Source: Gemmatimonadales bacterium
GTDB lineage: Bacteria > Gemmatimonadota > Gemmatimonadetes > Gemmatimonadales > GWC2-71-9
Reading direction: 5' to 3'
Assembly: GCA_036506575.1 (NCBI GenBank)
Contig: DASXRM010000043.1
Span: 1-49,446, forward strand
Length of the DNA: 49,446 nucleotides
Shown: piece after piece, positions 16,510-25,311 of the stretch
How positions within the stretch are numbered: the stretch's first letter is position 1
Layout of the letters: each line of letters starts with the position of its first letter
The notes under the pieces: model-generated
What the model was told of the DNA's origin: nothing
Seen by the model: only the letters and a program-made list of their open reading frames with translations
Databases searched by the model: none
Program-made: the position numbers and the translations under genes

Positions 16510-18138
16510 ATGCCCTACCGCCTCGTCAGCTTCTCCGGTGACCAGAGCTTCGAGCTGCCCCACGGCCGCAGTCTGGTGGTTGGGCGGGGGCTCAGCAGTG
16601 ACATCGCCATCTACGATCCGACCATTTCGCGGCGTCACGCCGAGCTGACCGTGGGGACCGACGGCGTGCAGGTCAAGGATCTGGGGAGCTCCAACGGCAC
16701 CTGCATCAATGGTAGCCGGGTGAGCGCCGGGCGGTTGCATCCGAACGACTCGATCACGTTTGGGAAGGTCCTCTTTCAGCTGAAAGAGATGAGACCCTCG
16801 GGACCAGGGTCGGGTGGCGCGACGGCGGCCCCGCCAAATCCGGTCCTCGGCGACACCATTGTGCGCCAACTGATGGTGAGTGGCGGGGGCCCGCCCGGGA
16901 TCACCAGTCGGGACCGAAGCTCGGGATTCGGTCAGCTTCGGGTCGCGGCCGCGACAGCGGAGGAGCGGCAAGCCAAGAAGCTCTCCCTCCTACTCGACAT
17001 CTCCCAGAAGCTCTCAGGTGAGTTCGACCTGGATAAGCTCCTTCGCAACGTCGTGGACATGATGTTCGAAGTCATGGACGTGGATCGGGTATCGATCCTC
17101 CTCCGGAACGAGAGCACCGGTGAGCTGGTTACCTCGATCTCGCGGAGCCGGCTGGGAGATGCGGAGTTTCAGCAAGTCCCCCGATCCATCGTAGACAAGG
17201 TGATCCAGGAGCGGGTCGCGGTGGTGTCCGACAACACCAGGTCTGATAGCCGTTTCAAGGGCCACTCGATCGTGACTCAGAGTGTTCGCAGCGCCATGTG
17301 CTCGCCCCTCATGGCCGCGGGCGACCGGATTCTGGGCTTGCTGTACGTGGACAGCGTGACCGCCGCGAACTCCTTCAGCGATGAGGACCTGCAATTCCTG
17401 GTGGCGTTCAGTGGTCTGGTGGCGATCGGTATCCGGAACAGCCGCTATGCCGAGCAGGTCCGCCGCGAGGCGCTGGTCCGCTCCAACTTCGAGCGCTACT
17501 TCGCCCCCAACATCGCGGCCGAGATCGCCCAGCAGGACGCGGTCGTCCCCCTGGGCGGCGATCGCCGGCCGATCACGGTCCTCTTCAGCGACATTCGCGG
17601 GTTCACCTCCATGGCCGAGTCCATGGGCCCGGACGCCATCGCGCAACTCCTGACCGAGTACTTCAGCGAGATGGTGGAGATCATCTTCGAGCACGGCGGG
17701 ACTCTCGACAAGTTCGTGGGCGACGCGATCATGGCGCTCTGGGGTGCTCCCATCGCACACGCCGACGATGCCGATCGGGCGCTTCGGGCCGCAGTGGCGA
17801 TGCAACGCGGCGTGAGCCGGCTGAACGAGCGCTGGGTGCTCGCGGGACGGCCCGAGATCGGTGTCGGAATCGGGATCAATTACGGTGAGGTGTTCGCCGG
17901 CAACATCGGGAGCCACCGCCGCCTCGAGTACACCGTGATTGGCGACGCGGTCAACGTGGCCAACCGGCTCTGCTCGGAGGCAGGACCGGGTGAGATCCTG
18001 GTAAGCGAGGCGCTGTGTCAGGTGGTGAAGGACCATGCGGACTACGAATACCTGCCCGCGATGGCACTCCGGGGAAGGACGAGGTCGGTGCAGGTCTACC
18101 GGTTGAAGATGGAGCGGGAGTTGGAGGCGCGAGAATGA
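16510..18138 (+). CDS. FHA - GAF - class III adenylate/guanylate cyclase
   Basis: FHA: LVVGRGLSSDIAIYDPTISRRHAEL...DLGSSNGTCINGSRV. GAF: LLLDISQKLSGEFDLDKLLRNVVD...RVSILL. Cyclase: ITVLFSDIRGFTSMAE, DKFVGDAIMALWGAP, GINYGEVFAGNIGSHRRLEYTVIGDAVNVANRL. Confidence 0.88.
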   Translation: MPYRLVSFSGDQSFELPHGRSLVVGRGLSSDIAIYDPTISRRHAELTVGTDGVQVKDLGSSNGTCINGSRVSAGRLHPNDSITFGKVLFQLKEMRPSGPGSGGATAAPPNPVLGDTIVRQLMVSGGGPPGITSRDRSSGFGQLRVAAATAEERQAKKLSLLLDISQKLSGEFDLDKLLRNVVDMMFEVMDVDRVSILLRNESTGELVTSISRSRLGDAEFQQVPRSIVDKVIQERVAVVSDNTRSDSRFKGHSIVTQSVRSAMCSPLMAAGDRILGLLYVDSVTAANSFSDEDLQFLVAFSGLVAIGIRNSRYAEQVRREALVRSNFERYFAPNIAAEIAQQDAVVPLGGDRRPITVLFSDIRGFTSMAESMGPDAIAQLLTEYFSEMVEIIFEHGGTLDKFVGDAIMALWGAPIAHADDADRALRAAVAMQRGVSRLNERWVLAGRPEIGVGIGINYGEVFAGNIGSHRRLEYTVIGDAVNVANRLCSEAGPGEILVSEALCQVVKDHADYEYLPAMALRGRTRSVQVYRLKMERELEARE

Positions 18139-18154
18139 CGGGAGCCCTTCCCGC

Positions 18155-18727
18155 CTACCTCCCAAATCGATATTCCCTTCCCGCTTCCCGCATGAGATTC
18201 AGCACCAATCGCACCGGCAAGCCCATCACGCTGAAGAAGTCTCCCTCGATTCGCTCCACCAGCGCCGCGCCGTAGCCCTGGATCCCGTAGGCACCGGCCT
18301 TGTCCATCGGCTCCCCCGTCGCGACGTAGGCCTCGAGGAACTCATCGTCTACTCTACGGAAGGTCACGTTGGTGACGTCCGTGGCCTGGTGCACCGATTC
18401 GTCCGCCACCAGGGCGACCGAGGTGACCACTTGGTGGGTACGACCTTGCAGCCGCTGCAGCATGCGGAGCGCGTCGGCTGCGTCGGCCGGTTTTTCCAGT
18501 ACGGCATCGCGCACTACGACCGTCGTGTCGGCACCCAGCACGAGCTCGCCGGGCACGCTGAGCGCCTTTTCCCGGGCCAGTCGCTCGACGTAATCCATTG
18601 GGGTCTCGAGTGACCGCCGCACCTCGGCGATATGGGACGGCACGACCTTTACAGGAATACCGAGCATCTCGAGCAGTTGCCGGCGGCGAGGCGACGAGGA
18701 AGCTAGGGTAAGAGGCACCACCGTCAT
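18155..18727 (-). CDS. maf: Maf-like nucleoside triphosphate pyrophosphatase (septum formation protein)
   Basis: [20 protein letters not shown]..., [18 protein letters not shown]. The ATG overlaps the dtd stop (ATGA). Confidence 0.88.
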   Translation of the reverse strand: MTVVPLTLASSSPRRRQLLEMLGIPVKVVPSHIAEVRRSLETPMDYVERLAREKALSVPGELVLGADTTVVVRDAVLEKPADAADALRMLQRLQGRTHQVVTSVALVADESVHQATDVTNVTFRRVDDEFLEAYVATGEPMDKAGAYGIQGYGAALVERIEGDFFSVMGLPVRLVLNLMREAGREYRFGR

Positions 18728-19167
18728 GGACCGCGGTCCAGGACGAGGGTCACCGGGCCGTCGTTGTGGATCTCGACCTGCATGTCCGCGCCGAACTCGC
18801 CAGAGGCTACAGTCACCCCACGGCTCCGCAGTGCCGCGAGAAGTCGCTCATACAGTGGGATGGCCAGCTCGGGCCGGGCCGCATCGACGAACGACGGCCG
18901 CCGCCCCTTGGCTGTGTCGCCATAGAGGGTGAACTGAGACACCACGAGGACCGCTCCCCCGACGTCCGTCAGTCCTAGGTTCATCTTTCCGTCAGCATCG
19001 CTGAACAGCCGAAGCCCGGCCACCTTGTCGGCCATCCAATCTACCTGCACCGGCGTGTCCCCGTGAGTAAACCCGACCAGCAGGCAGAAGCCCTGGCCGA
19101 TCGAGCCAGCCACGCGTCCATCGATCGTTACTGAGGCCTTTGAAACGCGTTGCAGCACCACTCTCAT
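18724..19167 (-). CDS. dtd: D-aminoacyl-tRNA deacylase
   Basis: [18 protein letters not shown]...[14 protein letters not shown]...[18 protein letters not shown]... Confidence 0.92.
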   Translation of the reverse strand: MRVVLQRVSKASVTIDGRVAGSIGQGFCLLVGFTHGDTPVQVDWMADKVAGLRLFSDADGKMNLGLTDVGGAVLVVSQFTLYGDTAKGRRPSFVDAARPELAIPLYERLLAALRSRGVTVASGEFGADMQVEIHNDGPVTLVLDRGP

Positions 19168-19271
19168 GATTTGCCGACCTGAGTCCTTGGACCCTCATGG
19201 ATTTAGTTTTGAGTAGAACTGCAACCAATCATTGCAAGCAAACACGAACGGAAACCCAAGCCTACTTTGTG

Positions 19272-19297
19272 TCCTTCGTGTTCTTCGTGCCTTCGTG
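19272..19297. repeat. Short tandem repeat (TCCTTCGTG TTCTTCGTG CCTTCGTG), possible degenerate relative of the armed inverted repeats
   Basis: Three 9-nt units followed by GTGAGGTTTTTTA. Only an 8-nt partner (AACACGAA, 19241-19248) is present upstream. Confidence 0.45.
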
Positions 19298-19324
19298 GTG
19301 AGGTTTTTTAGGTAAACACATACG

Positions 19325-20143
19325 ATGCCTCAAACTGATATCGCCCCTGCACCCCAGAGCCCGGATCCCCGCGCATGGCCGGATGATCGACTCACCATCG
19401 CCTGGCTGGGTCACGCAACGGTGCTCTTCAACTTTCACGGCTCCTGGTTGCTGACCGATCCCGCGCTGGAGCCGCGAATCGGGATCGGACGCGGGTTGGC
19501 CAAGCTGGGACCCCGCCGGCTGGTTCAGCCGGCCCTCCGGCCCCGCGAGCTGCCCGCGCTCGATGCCATTCTGCTCTCCCATGCGCACATGGACCACACG
19601 GATCTGGGTACGCTGCGGTGCTTGCCCCGGGATGTACCCGTGGTGGTGCAGCCCGGCAATGGTGACCTCGTTCGGCGTTTCCGTCAGGTGCACGAGCTTG
19701 CATGGGGTGAAAGCCGGGAAATCGATGATGTCAGGATCGAATCGACCGAGGCGCGACACTGGGGTGCCCGCATGGTGACGGACACGCACCGTGGCTACGG
19801 TGGCTATCTGCTTCAGAAGGCGGGACGCACCGTCTTGTTCGCGGGAGATACCGCGTATACCGACGTGCTCACCCAGCTTGGCCGTCGGGTCCGAATCGAC
19901 CTGGCGGTGCTCCCCATCGGCGCGTATGACCCCTGGATCAACAATCACGCCTCGCCCGAGCAGGCCTGGGCCATGTTCAAGAGACTCAACGCCGACTACG
20001 TGCTGCCGGTGCATCACTCGACCTTCCGTCTGAGTCGTGAGCCGGTCGATGAGCCCATTCGCCGGTTCCTGGCCGCGGCCGGGCGAGAGCATCGGCGGGT
20101 AGTCGGTACCGAGGTGGGGGCGACCTGGTCTGCGGAGCCGTGA
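19325..20143 (+). CDS. MBL-fold metallo-hydrolase
   Basis: LGHATVLFNFHGSWLLTDP and the metal motif LLSHAHMDHTD. Confidence 0.75.
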   Translation: MPQTDIAPAPQSPDPRAWPDDRLTIAWLGHATVLFNFHGSWLLTDPALEPRIGIGRGLAKLGPRRLVQPALRPRELPALDAILLSHAHMDHTDLGTLRCLPRDVPVVVQPGNGDLVRRFRQVHELAWGESREIDDVRIESTEARHWGARMVTDTHRGYGGYLLQKAGRTVLFAGDTAYTDVLTQLGRRVRIDLAVLPIGAYDPWINNHASPEQAWAMFKRLNADYVLPVHHSTFRLSREPVDEPIRRFLAAAGREHRRVVGTEVGATWSAEP

Positions 20144-20345
20144 TGCAGGCCAACTGACTCCCTTGTTGCTCCCTTGCCGCGGAGGAGCACCACATCTCGT
20201 GGGAATTCCACCTCACGCGCCACCATCTCAGCCACACCAGCCCCCCAACAATATGGCCCCCCTCTTGCACCTCGGCTCGCGCAGCTCAGCGTTTCCCATT
20301 CTCCGAAATCTCGCGCATCCGTGATCGCTGGTCCCGCGCCACGCC

Positions 20346-22340
20346 TTGCGCCCTGGACCGAGGCTCCGCATGCGTGCTTGCCGGTTTCTCCTCGTCTTCA
20401 CTCTTCTGCCCGCAGCGCGGGCCTGGGCTCAGGCGCCGCTCATCACTCCCGCCGGTGATCCCTCGGTCCGGAACGACACCCTTTACCAGCTGGCGGTGAG
20501 CCCGGCCGCCCATCCGGACGAGCCTGTCGTCCTGCTGCTCGATGACGGTGTCGCACGCTATGAGGCAGATGGCACCGGCACCAGGACCTACCGGCAGGTA
20601 ACCCAGATTCTCGCGGCCCACGCCGTCGATGACTATGCCGAGCACGAGTTCTCCTACAGCCCGGGACATCAGCGGCTGACAGTGAACTGGATCCGGGTGC
20701 TACGTCCGGATGGGACGATGATCAGCGACGCTCCGACTCAGGTTCAAGACGCCGACGTCCCCGCGACCCTGGGCGACCCGGTCTACAGCGACACCAAGGT
20801 CCGCCGCTACTCCCTGAGCGGGGTCGCGCCCGGAACGATTGTGGATTGGAGCTATACGGTTGAGGAGCTGAAGCCGTTCCTGCCCGGTGACTTCTCGCTC
20901 AGCTGGAGCGTGCATACCGGGTACTTTACCCGCCGCTCGCGCTATGTGGTCGAGCTTCCGGCGACGATGCGGCCCCACCTGCTGGAGCGCAACTTGACGT
21001 TTCGGCACCGGGAGAGCGTCTCACGCGGCCGTCGCACCTACCTGTGGGCTACCCAGGACGTACCGCGCGTCATCGCTGAAGAGTTCATGGCCGATTCGAA
21101 CGGTGTCTTCATGACCATTGACCTCGCCGCGCCCATGACGTGGGAAAGGATCGGGAGCTGGTACGCCGGGCTGGCAGGTGATCGCTATCCGCTCGACCGG
21201 ACCGTGCGCGCGAGGCTCCGGCCACTGCTGAGTGGGGCTCGCACCGCCGACGATACCCTTCGGGCGGTACAGCGTTGGGTGGCGCAGGACATACGGTATG
21301 TCTCCATTGCCCTGGGGCTGGGCGGCTATCAGCCGCGCACGCCCGCTGACGTGATCGTGACCGGATATGGCGATTGCAAAGACAAGGCGACCCTGTTCAT
21401 CGCCGTGGTCAATGCGCTGGGCTTCCGTGCCTATCCGGTTCTTCTCAACAGCGGCAGCCGGGTGGAGCGCACCCTACCGTCTCTCGCCCAGTTGGATCAC
21501 GCCATCGCCGTGGTGGAGCGGCCTGAGGGACGAGTGTACGTCGACCTCACGGCCGATCTGGCGCCCTACGGGGAGCTGCCCGCTTCGGACCAGGGGCAGT
21601 TCGCGCTGATCGTGTATCCCGACGGGACTTCGGAGCAGGTAACGCTGCCCGAGAGCCCGCCGAGCGCCAACCTGAACGAAACCCGTATCGTGGGCATCCT
21701 ATCGCCCGAAGGCTACGTGACCACCTCGTACCAAGAGCGGGGGCTTGGAACGCGGCAATACGACCTTCGCAACCTGTTTCGTGCGCCGATCGACTCCACC
21801 CATCGAGCCGATCTCGCACGCTCGATCGCGACCAAGCTCTACCCCGGTGCCGAGGCCGACAGTCTGCAGATCTTTGATGGGCGCGACCTCACTGCCGACC
21901 CGCGCGTCGCGCTCCGCATCCGGCATGGCCTCGCCGCTCGCCCAACGGCAAACCGGCGCGCCATCATTCTGACCCTCCCTTTGCCCAGTATGCGCAGCAT
22001 GGCGGACGTGGCCACCGCCCTCGAGGCCAGGGGTCCACGCCGGTTTCCGATTGATGCAGCCAAAATCGTTGGACCGGTTCTGGGCCAGACGGAGATCAGA
22101 CTCACCTTGCCCGCCGGCTGGAGAGTGCAGCTGCCGCCTGCGGTGAGCGTAGCGGGCAAGTGGGGGAGCTACACCGCGCGCTACGCTCAGGAGGGAACGA
22201 CGTTGCACGTTCTCCGCCGACTCGAGGGCGCGCGCGGAGTCTACCCTCCGGAGGCCCTTGCCGATTTGGCGGCGTGGCTGCGCGCCATCGGGGAGGATGA
22301 TGTGCCCTATCTGGTGATCGAGCCGGGCTCCACTCCGTAG
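20346..22340 (+). CDS. Secreted transglutaminase-like domain protein (DUF3857-type N-terminal region)
   Basis: Signal peptide MRACRFLLVFTLLPAARAWA; transglutaminase core GYGDCKDKATLFIAVVNALG with downstream LDHAIAVVE. Confidence 0.7.
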   Translation: MRPGPRLRMRACRFLLVFTLLPAARAWAQAPLITPAGDPSVRNDTLYQLAVSPAAHPDEPVVLLLDDGVARYEADGTGTRTYRQVTQILAAHAVDDYAEHEFSYSPGHQRLTVNWIRVLRPDGTMISDAPTQVQDADVPATLGDPVYSDTKVRRYSLSGVAPGTIVDWSYTVEELKPFLPGDFSLSWSVHTGYFTRRSRYVVELPATMRPHLLERNLTFRHRESVSRGRRTYLWATQDVPRVIAEEFMADSNGVFMTIDLAAPMTWERIGSWYAGLAGDRYPLDRTVRARLRPLLSGARTADDTLRAVQRWVAQDIRYVSIALGLGGYQPRTPADVIVTGYGDCKDKATLFIAVVNALGFRAYPVLLNSGSRVERTLPSLAQLDHAIAVVERPEGRVYVDLTADLAPYGELPASDQGQFALIVYPDGTSEQVTLPESPPSANLNETRIVGILSPEGYVTTSYQERGLGTRQYDLRNLFRAPIDSTHRADLARSIATKLYPGAEADSLQIFDGRDLTADPRVALRIRHGLAARPTANRRAIILTLPLPSMRSMADVATALEARGPRRFPIDAAKIVGPVLGQTEIRLTLPAGWRVQLPPAVSVAGKWGSYTARYAQEGTTLHVLRRLEGARGVYPPEALADLAAWLRAIGEDDVPYLVIEPGSTP

Positions 22341-22360
22341 CGACCCGAACGCGGCGACGG

Positions 22361-22389
22361 TTGACAATATATGTTACAACATATATTCT
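22361..22389 (+). promoter_or_regulatory. Sigma70-like promoter (TTGACA ... TATATT/TATTCT) overlapped by a perfect 10-2-10 palindrome AATATATGTT-AC-AACATATATT (22366-22387); putative MarR operator
   Basis: Read directly. The -10 candidate ends about 7 nt before the marR ATG (22396), which implies a leaderless or near-leaderless transcript. Confidence 0.6.
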
Positions 22390-22395
22390 TCGGCC

Positions 22396-22857
22396 ATGTC
22401 CCTTCGAGCCGAGATCAAACAGCCCAAGCCTTTCACCCATCGCACTACCGAGGCATTACTTAGCGTCCTGCGCACGGCCGCGGTGCTCGATCATCAACTG
22501 GGCGAAGCCCTCAAGCCACTCGGCATCACCCCGACCCAGTACAACGTCCTTCGAATCCTACGGGGGGCCGGTGGCCGGGGGTTGTGCGGGCGGGAGGTCG
22601 CCGAGCGGCTCGTCTCGAAGGTGCCGGATGTCTCCCGCCTCTTGGACCGCATGGATGAGACGGGGCTCATCCGGCGCGAGCGCGACCCGGCAGACCGCCG
22701 GCATGTAAGCGCCCAGATCACGCCCAAGGGCCTGGCGGTGCTGGAACAGGCCACGCCTTCGCTGGAAGCTGTCGACCAGGCTCGATTCGGCGGGCTCGAT
22801 TCCAGGCGCCTTGAGGCCCTCATAGAGGCCTTGGCCGACGTGCGTGGCAGAGGGTGA
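22396..22857 (+). CDS. MarR-family transcriptional regulator
   Basis: Winged-helix pattern ...GITPTQYNVLRILRGAG...CGREVAERLVSKVPDVSRLLDRMDETGLIRRERDPADRRHV... Confidence 0.85.
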   Translation: MSLRAEIKQPKPFTHRTTEALLSVLRTAAVLDHQLGEALKPLGITPTQYNVLRILRGAGGRGLCGREVAERLVSKVPDVSRLLDRMDETGLIRRERDPADRRHVSAQITPKGLAVLEQATPSLEAVDQARFGGLDSRRLEALIEALADVRGRG

Positions 22858-22876
22858 ACTTTTTTGGGATACTAAG

Positions 22877-22886
22877 TGTTATAACA
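22877..22886. promoter_or_regulatory. Second TGTT-NN-AACA palindrome (TGTTATAACA) upstream of doxX
   Basis: It has the same half-sites as the marR-proximal palindrome and lies 38 nt upstream of the doxX ATG (which has GGAG 6 nt upstream). Confidence 0.4.
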
Positions 22887-22923
22887 ACGATCGTGACAAC
22901 GTTCACTTGAGCTGGAGTTTCCA

Positions 22924-23457
22924 ATGACATTCCCTAACGACGTGGTTACCCTGAGCGGCGGCCTACTTATTGGCCGCCTGGTTCTCGGGCTGCTCATGGT
23001 TGCCCATGCCAGCCAGAAGCTGTTCGGCTGGTTCGGCGGCTATGGACTGGCGGGCACCGGTGGATTTTTCGAGGGGTTGGGCTTCCGCCCCGGTCGCACC
23101 TTCGCTGCGGTGGCTGGGCTCACTGAGCTGACCAGCGGTATCCTGGTGGCGCTCGGATTTCTGGGACCCGTCGGGCCCGCGCTTATGCTCTCGGTGATGA
23201 TCGTGGCCGCTGTGAGCGCGCACTGGCAGAATGGTCTCTTCGCGACATCGAACGGAATCGAGGTGCCCCTGCTGTACGCGACCGGCGCTTCCGTTCTTGC
23301 CCTCACCGGGCCCGGTATCTTTTCGCTGGACGCATTGGTTGGCCTGGGGGGACTCTGGACGGTCGGCCTGCGGTGGGCGGCGATCGCTGCTGGCATCCTG
23401 GCCGGGATCACGAATCTCGTGCTCCGCCGACCCGCGCTGGCCAACTCGAGTGCCTGA
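22924..23457 (+). CDS. DoxX-family integral membrane protein
   Basis: Four hydrophobic segments with RLVLGLLMVAHASQKLFGWFGGYGL..., typical of DoxX. Commonly paired with MarR. Confidence 0.8.
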   Translation: MTFPNDVVTLSGGLLIGRLVLGLLMVAHASQKLFGWFGGYGLAGTGGFFEGLGFRPGRTFAAVAGLTELTSGILVALGFLGPVGPALMLSVMIVAAVSAHWQNGLFATSNGIEVPLLYATGASVLALTGPGIFSLDALVGLGGLWTVGLRWAAIAAGILAGITNLVLRRPALANSSA

Positions 23458-23470
23458 CGGCGGCCGCCGG

Positions 23471-25300
23471 CTACTCCACCGTCACCGACTTGGCGAGGTT
23501 TCGCGGTTGATCGACGTTGCATCCCCGACTCACCGCGACGTAGTACGACAACAGCTGCAGCGGAATGCTGGTGAGGATCGGCGTGAGCAGGTCCAGCGTC
23601 TCCGGGATTGTAAAGGTGGCATCGGCCAGTCGCTGGATTTCGGTATCGCCCTCATTGATGAGGGCGATAACCTTCCCGCCCCGCGCCTTCACCTCTTCGA
23701 TGTTGGACACGATCTTCGAGTGCACCGCGTCCCGGGGAGCGATGAACACGACCGGCATGTTTTCGTCGATCAGGGCGATGGGGCCATGCTTCATCTCGGC
23801 CGCAGGGTAGCCCTCCGCGTGGATGTACGATATCTCCTTGAGCTTGAGCGCCCCTTCCAACGCCACCGGAAAGTTCACGCCGCGTCCCAGATAGAGCGCG
23901 TTCTTGCTGGTCCTGAGAAAGCGATCGGCCAAGACCTCGATCTCGCTCGTGCGCTCGAGAATCTGGGAGACCTGCTCGGGTAGTCGCCGCAACGCCTGGA
24001 TGAACTCCCGGCCCTGGAGGATGCTCAGGTTTCGCAGCCGGGCGATCCGCAGGGTGATCAGCGCGAGCGCGGCAACCTGGCTGGTGAACGCCTTGGTGCT
24101 CGCGACTCCTATCTCGGGGCCGGCGTGGAGATAGATGCCGCCGTCCACTTCACGGGCGATGGTCGAGCCGACCACATTGACCAGGCCGATGGTCCTGCCG
24201 CCGCGGCGCTTGGCTTCCCGGACGGCGGCCAGCGTGTCGGCGGTTTCGCCGGATTGGGAGATGCCGATGACCAGGGTATTGGGATCCACCACCGGATTCC
24301 GGTAACGGAACTCGGAGGCGTATTCGACCTCGACCGGGAGCCGGGCCATTTCCTCCAGCATGTATTCCCCGATGATGCCGGAGTGCCAGGAAGTCCCGCA
24401 GGCGGTGATGATGACGCGCTCGAACTGCTTGAGGTCCTCATCAGTCAGATTGAGGCCGCTGACCCGCGCCGTACCCTCGTCCTCGAGCAGGTGGCCCCGG
24501 AGAGTGTTGCAGAGGCTCTCCGGCTGCTCACAGATCTCCTTGAGCATGAAATGGGGGTAGCCACCCCGCTCCACGGTGGCGACGTCCCAATCGATCTGGT
24601 TCACCGGTTTGCTGATGCGCGCGGTTTCCAGGTTGCGCACCCGGTAGCCCTCGCGAGTGAGCACCACCATCTCACCGTCGTCCAGATACACCACCGAGCG
24701 AGTGTGCTGCAGCAAGGGGGATGCGTCCGAGGCGACGAACCATTCATCGTCGCCTACCCCGACAAGAAGAGGAGAGCCGTTCCGCGCCGCGACCAATACG
24801 CCGGGCTCTTCCGAAGAAACGAAGGCGAGTCCGTACGCGCCTTCCACGTCCCGGAGCGCACTGGCGACCGCGTCTTCCAGATCTCCCTGATAAAATTCGC
24901 CGACCAGGTGCGCCAGCACTTCGGTGTCGGTATCCGACTTGAACGTGTGGCCGCGCTGCTCCAACGCCTTTCGGATAGCGCCGGAGTTCTCGATGATGCC
25001 GTTGTGGATGACGGCGATGCGGCCCGACTGGTCGGTATGCGGGTGTGCGTTCGTCGTGGTGGGGGCGCCGTGGGTGGCCCAGCGGGTATGCCCGATGCCG
25101 ATGGTTCCGAGCGGCATGTTTTCGTTCAGCTCGCTCTCCAACACGGAGAGCCGGCCCGCCGCCTTCAGGATCTTTAGCCCCCGCCCATTGACGACGGCGA
25201 TCCCGGCGGAATCGTATCCGCGATACTCCAGCCGGCGCAGCCCCTCCAGGAGCAGCCCGGCTGCCTGACGCGGTCCGATATAGCCCACGATACCGCACAT
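23471..25300 (-). CDS. glmS: Glutamine--fructose-6-phosphate aminotransferase (isomerizing)
   Basis: MCGIVGYIG... N-terminal nucleophile Cys, two SIS domains, and the canonical C-terminus ...DQPRNLAKSVTVE. Confidence 0.96.
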   Translation of the reverse strand: MCGIVGYIGPRQAAGLLLEGLRRLEYRGYDSAGIAVVNGRGLKILKAAGRLSVLESELNENMPLGTIGIGHTRWATHGAPTTTNAHPHTDQSGRIAVIHNGIIENSGAIRKALEQRGHTFKSDTDTEVLAHLVGEFYQGDLEDAVASALRDVEGAYGLAFVSSEEPGVLVAARNGSPLLVGVGDDEWFVASDASPLLQHTRSVVYLDDGEMVVLTREGYRVRNLETARISKPVNQIDWDVATVERGGYPHFMLKEICEQPESLCNTLRGHLLEDEGTARVSGLNLTDEDLKQFERVIITACGTSWHSGIIGEYMLEEMARLPVEVEYASEFRYRNPVVDPNTLVIGISQSGETADTLAAVREAKRRGGRTIGLVNVVGSTIAREVDGGIYLHAGPEIGVASTKAFTSQVAALALITLRIARLRNLSILQGREFIQALRRLPEQVSQILERTSEIEVLADRFLRTSKNALYLGRGVNFPVALEGALKLKEISYIHAEGYPAAEMKHGPIALIDENMPVVFIAPRDAVHSKIVSNIEEVKARGGKVIALINEGDTEIQRLADATFTIPETLDLLTPILTSIPLQLLSYYVAVSRGCNVDQPRNLAKSVTVE

Positions 25301-25311
25301 CGTCGTGAACC

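Noticed and set aside
18106-18192. Possible ninth/tenth armed element at the cyclase/maf convergent junction (GGAGCGGGAGTTGGAGG ... CCCTTCCCGCTTCCCGC)
   Set aside because: The arm complementarity is weak and both halves lie within the coding ends of well-supported genes. I note it only as a possible degenerate relative and do not call it as a feature.
23458-23470. Palindrome CGGCGGCCGCCG between convergent doxX and glmS as a bidirectional terminator
   Set aside because: It is a 12-nt GC palindrome with no loop and no flanking T/A runs, so it is too short to support a terminator call.
25301-25311. glmS ribozyme upstream of glmS
   Set aside because: Only 11 nt separate glmM and glmS, so there is no room for the ~170-nt ribozyme. 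None of its conserved core was seen.
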